This document shows positions 30,001 to 32,000 of a DNA stretch of 32,000 bases, one piece after another. Under the pieces are notes generated by a model. It made no database searches. It was given only the letters and a program-made list of their open reading frames with translations, and was not told the origin of the DNA. Origin of the DNA: Candidatus Omnitrophota bacterium (lineage in GTDB: Bacteria; Omnitrophota; Gorgyraeia; Zapsychrales; JANLHA01); assembly GCA_963662715.1 (NCBI GenBank), contig OY759724.1, positions 1,170,001 to 1,202,000 of the forward strand, written 5' to 3'. The translations under genes were made by a program, and so were the position numbers. Numbering within the stretch: position 1 is the stretch's first letter; each line of letters starts with the position of its first letter.

Positions 30001-32000
30001 TCATATCTTCAAAGTTTTCTGTATATGGACCGACAATGACAGGTTTGGCAAAATTGGCAGGTTCCAGAGGATTGTGTCCGCCTAACGTATACCAGAAACT
30101 TCCGGCAACAACGACGACACTGGCAATGGAATAGAGGGATTTTAATTCACCATACGTATCCAGCATAATCACCTGAGGAGGTCCGCGAGGATCTATGGAA
30201 CTCAAAGCAGATTTGCGTATCGCCGGAATACCCTGCAACTCCAAATACCGCATAAATCCGTCAACATCAGCAAGATTGCGCGGAGCAAATATCAGTTTCA
30301 CATTTTCCAATCCCGGACGGATAATCAATTCTTTATAGGCCTTGACCAATTCAACTTCTTCACGTTCATGAACACTTCCGTAAACAAGAATCTTATCTGT
30401 TCGGTTTAATCCCAAATGTTTTAATAACTCTGTTCTTTCATCTTCCGATAAAGTAATCAGGGATGTGTCATATTTAATATTTCCAATAATGGAAATCCTG
30501 TCGTCTCCGACCCCTCTCTGCTGCAGGAATTCTCTTGCAAGTTCAGAAACGGCACCGAAATGATCCGTCAATTCCACGAGTTTACGGCCGTAGAACCGAT
30601 ATTTTACCCGAAGGACTTCACCAAGAGACTGGTCGTCCGACAAGAAAGAGTTGATCACGACCGTAGCCGCCCCATATTTTTCTTTGGCAATTCTAACGAA
30701 TTTAGGCCCTAACCCTATAAACGATTCCTGGACGACGACATGAACCGGCCTGATAACTCTGAACAGCCGATTAACAGCGGACTTCATATCAAAGACATAC
30801 GGAAGAACAACGATATCCTTATCAGCTAAACTCGCCATGTCTTTGACATTTTGGGTGCTGTTTGTCAGCAGGACAATACGATAATCCGGATAAGTCTGCT
30901 GCAGAGCTTCTATCAGGGATATGGAATTAATAACTTCCCCGACACCGCAGGCGGAGACCACGATGGATTTCCTGTCGTCTTTGAATGTGGCCTTAATGTC
31001 TCGCGGGATATACCCAAAGCCTGCCGGAATATCGCTCCAGTGACGATGCTGCTTGATAAGATGTCGCACAAAATTCATGCTGTACAACGGGGCAAAAAGC
31101 AGGTCTTTAACGAAGAAGGTCAGCCTTGAGTCTCTTTCAAGCCATTTGGAACCCGTAACCGATACAATAACAGCCGCACATGCACTTCTGCCGGATTTCT
31201 TAATCATCTTGTAGGAATGATACATTCCCAAACGCAGGAGGGCATAGAAAGATTTTCTTTCTTGTCCGTTATCCTTCCCCTGCTTGACCGGGCTGGAAAC
31301 CTTGTTTTCCGGAGACTTAACGCGATAGTTGTACATTTCCGGAACATCATCCTGATCAATCCTTTCAAAAGAGTATCCTTCAGCCAGCATGGAGCCCAAC
31401 AAGACACCTTGTTCACCCCGGTCTTCCAGTAATTCGTTTTCAACGTAAAAGGTCACCTCTCCGTCTATGGAGAAATTGAGATAGATATTACCGAACGCTC
31501 TGTTAACATTGCCGTACGCATCCCACATCGGCAATGTCTCGATATCAAATTTCCGGCGAATAGTGTCCGCCTGCCCTTTGGTCCACTCGACAGCCCATTC
31601 CCAGACATTCTCATCCGGGATGCCGGTCTCTTCCTGGACAGCCTTCCAAATCCTGGACTGCAAGTCGTTAATAAGCGTGACGGTCTCCATTCCGTCATAA
31701 ACGTAGCGGATCACCAGATCTTTGTTCTGTAAGGTCCGGATGACATTGACGAACTCTTCCTGATACTTGGCCGTGACACGGGCTATCCTTTGCCGGCCGG
31801 CTTCTCTGTCAATATCCGCTTCGGACGAATACACCGCTTTGAAGGCATCATGATGCCAAACATGGAAACTCAGGTTGACCTGCAAATCAAACGGCAGGGT
31901 CGCCAGCCGTTCGGCCGCCTGCTGGGCCCGGCGGTCGTTCACCCTCCAGCCGTGTGTCACCAGCCAGACATCAAAGCCCCGTTTATGAATGGCATCCACG
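1..32000 (-). CDS. Internal fragment of one giant ORF (10,666 complete codons, plus-strand 31999 down to 2; start and stop both outside the window) encoding a modular multi-enzyme, membrane-spanning megaprotein
   Basis: I checked the whole frame whose codons occupy plus-strand positions 3k+2..3k+4: positions 29,700 down to 1 were translated 60-nt line by line, and 32,000-29,700 was translated in bulk plus scanned codon by codon. No TAA/TAG/TGA occurs anywhere (no tta/cta/tca at those plus positions). The product is protein-like throughout and carries many canonical enzyme motifs (listed below). None of the 16 minus-strand ORFs in the supplied track is in this frame (their low coordinates are 1 or 0 mod 3), which is consistent with this frame never closing inside the window. 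Random expectation for 10,666 stop-free codons is about (61/64)^10666, effectively zero. Confidence 0.95.
14..498 (-). repeat. Dispersed direct repeat, copy 1 (partner 19670-20154); the module continues beyond the window edge
   Basis: Same alignment as above. Preceded by ETSSPIEEGGVTPRPWNGPH (SSPI at 518-529), parallel to GSSPLEERETSPRPWNGPH in copy 2. Confidence 0.9.
530..1219 (-). other. Uncharacterised module (230 aa)
   Basis: NDDKSPEVVKADLEAFLSLPNVRLVASEQQRQAYLKQFIDYFKLQKFWIGGFSAKGTRTCCVATHDFGIQQIMWFTDDLTNCAEGFLLEKQLMIGHGAFHSLLDD... lies between SSPV (1220) and SSPI (518). Confidence 0.4.
1232..1759 (-). other. Uncharacterised module (176 aa)
   Basis: GRQQAVKVQMHARSSAPEAGQNEIIVFRNRIGTRLWETLLTWTRMLARWYRHRDAQTGLVSKHLERWETQLCLPFLNEGYEKYYDVFPEKYLKHWRLAQ... 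lies between SSPI (1760) and SSPV (1220). Confidence 0.4.
1865..2695 (-). other. Second polytopic membrane block (about 6 predicted TM helices) in module 1772-3163, after a soluble N-terminal region of about 150 aa
   Basis: ITVFSIIAVLGLLMPGFVATSFAF, ALYLFGIYMIIAVGGALAIIYL, GLFIMGLLAGFVLQMGEFGVIFAMSLFYI, VSVPLFVLLTPILLKLV, TLFWMVALSVVLEWWGI, VVSYVIGGILGLMALWP. Confidence 0.65.
3176..4150 (-). other. Class I SAM-dependent methyltransferase-like domain fused C-terminally to the membrane block (same module, 3176-5065)
   Basis: Motif I is GFTALDIGTGYGTVPLRV (about 3975-4015), followed by VIGTELAQEW and NAVVFIAFAD. Confidence 0.5.
4208..5002 (-). other. Polytopic membrane block (about 8 predicted TM helices)
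   Basis: Successive hydrophobic stretches of about 20 aa: FVGYVLAPAVIETGLFVVGGSVILSWAF, IPLAVAPPFIGVSLSLQLLW, ITFLSFALLILGSVILP, AAVGVLFAGTFILSHILV, PFILLLAGLIIGGVFLNIWLV, LSPLVTALMSMVSAYKALLI, FGVMVLGGIAAFIFTGL, GGMFAVIYIFVRGAILKYLF. Confidence 0.7.
5078..6565 (-). other. Two-domain module: N-terminal Rossmann/CheR-like methyltransferase-like region (weak) plus C-terminal RelA/SpoT-type HD ((p)ppGpp hydrolase-like) domain
   Basis: HD part at 5282-5674: VVHHGMQRERGEPYLTHPIRIALAI, AATLLHDVVEEHAD and IIKIFDRLDNL match the SpoT/Mesh1 hydrolase motifs (H-x-G-x-x-R-x-x-G-x-P-Y-x-x-H-P, LLHD-x-x-E-D, DRL-x-N). No synthetase domain follows. The N-terminal part (IRILSFGG... VVNDNAEMLNIAQRGFYPRHV) is only loosely CheR-like. 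Confidence 0.65.
6578..7702 (-). other. Module (375 aa) containing two tandem domains of about 110 aa with a shared Y-x-x-F-R-Q-F-[DE] ending
   Basis: ...GKVIHLQDYESFRQFDRQ (YESFRQF = 7361-7381) and ...RQAVNLREYKPFRQFETN (YKPFRQF = 7028-7048) lie 333 nt apart. Each is preceded by beta-strand-like alternating sequence. Confidence 0.45.
7832..7903 (-). other. Single predicted transmembrane helix followed by a strongly basic stop-transfer cluster
   Basis: ISPVVFVGLFSAATAAAAAGILIL is followed by RRIIIRRARR (down to about 7800). It lies at the C-terminal end of module 7715-8947. Confidence 0.6.
8804..8869 (-). other. Twin-arginine (Tat) signal-peptide-like segment located internally, about 25 aa after an SSPV junction
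   Basis: M-SRRYFFR-FGFSAGLGALLISS. S-R-R-x-F-F-R fits the Tat consensus [ST]-R-R-x-F-L-K and is followed by an uncharged h-region of about 13 residues (Met codon 8867-8869). Confidence 0.45.
8960..10969 (-). other. Large uncharacterised module (670 aa)
   Basis: There is a Rossmann-like stretch (GKPVIATIGYSRAAVWQLQKML ... VDCVIVHVHTFETWSPESFAALLRDRLAEEDSILILSH), then long helical/coiled segments and an acidic Pro/Glu-rich stretch (PETTEVVPTVEPAQMPEQDREGQPED). No family recognised. Confidence 0.4.
10982..11698 (-). other. Uncharacterised module (239 aa)
   Basis: SEEDNVRGLISDAELFVRAAVPGTIEQVEGKYLRVIKAGADMIIFPTRKDIIHGTWLRDRQIGIGAVNLGRPV... lies between SSPV (11699) and SSPV (10970). No motif recognised. 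Confidence 0.4.
11711..13354 (-). other. Heptosyltransferase-like (GT9, GT-B fold) module
   Basis: N-terminal VKRVLILSPTKRDYGVELIESGVMNILAVHPNIEEVTVVTHPN. C-terminal signature LEGLNKLINSADVVVTPDTYTMHAATAMGKIVVTPWG (12323-12415), which matches the ADP-heptose:LPS heptosyltransferase motif L-I-x-x-A-D-L-V-V-T-x-D-[ST]-G-x-M-H-L-A-A-A-x-G as I recall it. Confidence 0.55.
13910..14476 (-). other. Uncharacterised module (189 aa) with an LYHGT motif (possible ADP-ribosyltransferase/Tpt1-like fold, very tentative)
   Basis: VSEEKDLVLYHGTLAGLVRTWLAGDG (LYHGT = 14438-14452). The H-G-T is reminiscent of H-Y-E class ART/KptA enzymes. No further motif verified. Confidence 0.2.
14573..17326 (-). other. 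Large module (918 aa) with a GT-A-fold glycosyltransferase core (GT2/GT81-like) and a helical C-terminal extension of about 450 aa
   Basis: DLDVVVTVPFYSEGDTIDNVLEAI (Asp 16841-16843). VRGKGFSLHLGLGVMEDLGRKNGLFATYDADLRSIQPGWVRDHLWPL with a DxD motif (D-A-D = 15977-15985). This resembles glucosyl-3-phosphoglycerate-synthase-type GT-A enzymes from memory. Confidence 0.5.
17339..18175 (-). other. HD-domain metal-dependent phosphohydrolase module
   Basis: SLQIAAMGHDIERYL (H...HD), SHPLNSARIVDKLLEQLG, AFLIRHHDAGVH and LRVLSDADSAAFF (distal Asp), in the order typical of the HD superfamily. Confidence 0.6.
18458..18994 (-). other. Uncharacterised module (179 aa)
   Basis: ERRIRKADVLQELVAEKAIRTAKDLAYYGDAIGLSAKAQSIIAAYIRLKKEGINVTVPRLAQLSALTVAEVSEVSEG... 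lies between SSPV (18995) and SSPI (18446). Apparently helical. No motif recognised. Confidence 0.4.
19007..20173 (-). other. Uncharacterised module of about 389 aa; its N-terminal part of about 165 aa is duplicated at the start of the window
   Basis: EERETSPRPWNGPHRLNEIEEVFSRKVKGFAKSIQFGAYIIAKKKGDQFTHFIMPHILGMDVKPLDWWYKGWTFAFPGLKTYTDAGLKERGFGEERREELGLQLQSSVRFTFDERSSASRYIWIPTHQLVLPEGRSVVDYLYDEPTNALYWRKALNVPEGGITDEELW... No family recognised. Confidence 0.5.
19670..20154 (-). repeat. Dispersed direct repeat, copy 2 (partner 14-498)
   Basis: About 485 nt aligns with 14-498 at a constant offset of 19,656 nt (6,552 codons, in frame). I counted roughly 15 mismatches by eye, clustered around 20026-20046, for about 97 percent identity. 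The + strand track ORFs 350-550 and 20006-20257 begin with the same MRHDKMREL... shadow. Confidence 0.9.
20186..20419 (-). other. Low-complexity basic/acidic linker segment (78 aa)
   Basis: KKVERKVEPIHPIVKSENNRRPQQDQKSSRKKTKAGSEEKLTDTVTISEEARRLLEKEEGQTSAESQGQIERGSEESG lies between SSPV (20420) and SSPL (20174). Confidence 0.6.
20432..20920 (-). repeat. In-frame tandem repeat, 96-bp (32-aa) unit, 5 copies decaying toward the C-terminal side
   Basis: Unit is SSPVGASTMMSSTPLTQEEYTAWKQAQAAEEV. SSPV blocks at 20813, 20717 and 20621 are 96 nt apart. The first copy starts with degenerate QLPV (20909-20920). The last two copies are 33 and 34 aa and diverged (SSNV at 20522-20533). Confidence 0.9.
21311..21865 (-). 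other. Uncharacterised module (185 aa)
   Basis: EAKWDTEILMDQLRTVDSLSEVLPVAWGEQITAEDIIRVYKEIKGTEIENTLIVRLLWHIVNATVGVG... lies between SSPI (21866) and SSPV (21299). No motif recognised. Confidence 0.4.
21915..22480 (-). repeat. In-frame tandem repeat, 213-bp (71-aa) unit, about 2.65 copies
   Basis: Unit is SSPVAGAGTNNERVKGQGTYTVAAVLLKGETGDAVAAGRSSGVREERSELSERIAGNRTKTTDLLSEAGEV. SSPV blocks at 22451, 22238 and 22025 are exactly 213 nt apart. The two full copies differ at about 3 nt. The + strand track ORFs 22005-22193 and 22218-22406 are near-identical shadows. Confidence 0.9.
22463..23170 (-). other. GHKL/HATPase_c-like ATP-binding module (anti-sigma-factor/serine-kinase-like, tentative)
   Basis: FRYINQNIAQHGSGFG (N-box-like), IHVIVLDQGKGFIN (D-x-G-x-G) and GGNFGHGLTLTVENAENISIET (G-box-like). 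No H-box precedes it. Confidence 0.4.
23183..24148 (-). repeat. Copy B of the duplicated module of about 322 aa, function unknown (paralogue of 26021-26995)
   Basis: Starts AKGEEDEDQLSLFGPTKGQIRKNIRSRVMAFGPVRDEIVTAVIEKFDQLQAAYKARLGKDLRMA and ends HSRMDLPEGPS-SSPI. Offset to copy A is 2,847 nt (949 codons, in frame). Confidence 0.85.
24161..25315 (-). other. Alpha/beta-hydrolase (serine hydrolase) module
   Basis: RPVILFIHGNGRGAFN (oxyanion HG region, His 24881-24883) and the nucleophile elbow GGVVTHSNGGTIF (Ser codon 24689-24691). A later EGENPHANVFYE could supply the catalytic His. Confidence 0.6.
25328..26008 (-). other. Class I methyltransferase-like module (tentative)
   Basis: RIGIDVAASSNRNPSQGLIDGGLKRMFMLDVARQ, VYGDATDLSAEFNGGTLGVVVHNDSLLYV and SYFVLQADGIIIVKA resemble Rossmann-type methyltransferase motifs I, II and post-II. 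About 227 aa. Confidence 0.35.
26021..26995 (-). repeat. Copy A of a duplicated module of about 325 aa, function unknown (paralogue of 23183-24148)
   Basis: Starts AKGEEDEDQLSLFGPTKGQIRKDIRSRVMAFGPVRDEIVTAVIEKFDQLQAAYKARLGKDLRMA and ends HSRMDRPEIDDDPA-SSPV. By-eye protein identity to copy B is roughly 75-80 percent. The + strand track ORFs 26385-26672 and 23538-23825 are near-identical antisense shadows of the two copies. Confidence 0.85.
27008..27682 (-). other. GNAT-like N-acetyltransferase module (tentative)
   Basis: About 225 aa. YLAVVEKDQVLAYGTVITDRNGAHLVYRLFDEFRHEGQKSKDMFAALIKSI ... GAVVFYLKFGFTF resembles the GNAT core and its C-terminal FY-x-K-x-GF motif. Match is from memory only. 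Confidence 0.4.
27695..28951 (-). other. Histidine kinase module (HisKA H-box plus HATPase_c) with a soluble N-terminal region of about 100 aa; no transmembrane sensor and no receiver domain
   Basis: H-box FGILTHDLRSLLFAVLGNL (His codon 28619-28621). N-box GLFYVLKNLISNAYSH. D-box KISFRDNGQGFQPD. G-box EAHGLGLYLSRKIIEECFDGTITARN. All in canonical order. Confidence 0.85.
28964..29731 (-). other. Class I SAM-dependent methyltransferase-like module
   Basis: VTYVCWGTGEGVAVNTIAKDL (glycine-rich motif I-like), then ITFILDVAENLPYYFAPEQIDFIVSFMGLKHL and LNRDAVVIHNY. About 256 aa between two SSP motifs. Confidence 0.45.
29744..31285 (-). other. Kdo transferase-like module (3-deoxy-D-manno-octulosonic acid transferase, GT30, WaaA/KdtA-like)
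   Basis: Contains KSIVVSACGVGEVINSISLIEALQQTYPDYRIVLL (SACGV at about 30941-30958), ILVYGSVHEREEVELVKAY, KLIFAPRNLADVDGF, VIMLDTYGELKSLYSIASVVVVAGSF and GGHNPLEPANFAKPVIVGPYTENFEDM (GGHNPLE = 30062-30082). Order and spacing match the GT30 family as I remember it. Bounded by SSPV (31286) and SSPI (29732). Confidence 0.8.
31298..32000 (-). other. Module truncated by the window edge, function unknown
   Basis: Translation begins VDAIHKRGFDVWLVTHGWRVNDRRAQQAAERLATLPFDLQVNLSFHVWHHDAF and ends at ENKV-SSPV (31286-31297). I recognise no family motif. Confidence 0.4.

Larger units (their letters stand above)
518..31297 (-). other. Set of 40 junction peptides S-S-P-[V/I/L/M] (extended consensus [V/T/S]-S-S-P-[V/I]) separating the modules of the giant protein
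   Basis: The 12-nt SSPx codon blocks start (plus coordinates, each +11) at 31286, 29732, 28952, 27683, 26996, 26009, 25316, 24149, 23171, 22451, 22238, 22025, 21866, 21299, 20813, 20717, 20621, 20588, 20489, 20420, 20174, 18995, 18446, 18176, 17327, 14561, 14477, 13898, 13787, 13355, 11699, 10970, 8948, 7703, 6566, 5066, 3164, 1760, 1220, 518. x = V 25, I 10, L 4, M 1. In my hand translation no SSP is followed by any other residue. Ser is encoded by both AGY and UCN codons and Pro by CCG/CCU/CCC, so conservation is at the peptide level, not the DNA level. Confidence 0.85.

Noticed and set aside
1-32000. The absence of any long ORF in the supplied track first suggested non-coding DNA or a recoded genetic code (TGA or TAG reassignment).
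   Set aside because: Under the standard code one minus-strand frame is completely open across the window, so no reassignment is needed. The track lists no ORF in that frame, consistent with the frame never closing inside the window.
1-32000. A conventional operon of separate genes (waaA-like, methyltransferase, histidine kinase, acetyltransferase and so on).
   Set aside because: There are no stop codons between the enzyme-like segments and no intergenic spacers or RBS-ATG contexts at the junctions. Each junction instead carries an in-frame SSP[VILM] peptide.
1-32000. NRPS/PKS megasynthase or repetitive giant adhesin/RTX protein.
   Set aside because: I saw no condensation (HHxxxDG), adenylation, thiolation (GGxS), KS or AT motifs. 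I also saw no long series of Ig/cadherin/hemagglutinin-type repeats. Only two short tandem arrays occupy about 1 kb of the 32 kb.
1-32000. rRNA, tRNA, promoter, terminator or riboswitch features.
   Set aside because: I found no cloverleaf-like or rRNA-like segments and no strong hairpin plus U-tract. The continuous coding frame leaves no non-coding space, so nothing could be supported from the sequence.

Overview
The whole 32,000-nt window is coding sequence of a single gene. One uninterrupted reading frame runs on the minus strand: codons occupy plus-strand positions 3k+2..3k+4, giving 10,666 complete codons from 31999 down to 2. There is no start or stop inside the window, so the gene is longer than 32 kb and the protein longer than 10,666 aa. 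The supplied ORF track cannot show it. The track lists no ORF in this frame, and every listed ORF is a short antisense or off-frame shadow. The product is not a repetitive adhesin or an NRPS/PKS. It is a chain of about 35-40 heterogeneous modules, and many look like complete stand-alone bacterial enzymes: Kdo transferase GT30, heptosyltransferase-like GT9, a GT-A glycosyltransferase, a histidine kinase, a GHKL-like ATPase, a GNAT-like module, an alpha/beta hydrolase, HD and SpoT-type HD hydrolases, and 4-5 class-I methyltransferase-like domains. It also contains two polytopic membrane blocks, a Tat-signal-like segment and a single-pass anchor. The modules are separated by the same short peptide, S-S-P-[V/I/L/M]. 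I count 40 exact copies, encoded with mixed synonymous codons, and interpret the peptide as a possibly novel linker or processing signal. There are two in-frame tandem repeat arrays (213-bp and 96-bp units) and two pairs of dispersed in-frame module duplications. I could not support any rRNA, tRNA, CRISPR array, transposase, promoter or terminator. All translations and motif matches were done by hand and from memory of family motifs. No HMM or database search was run.
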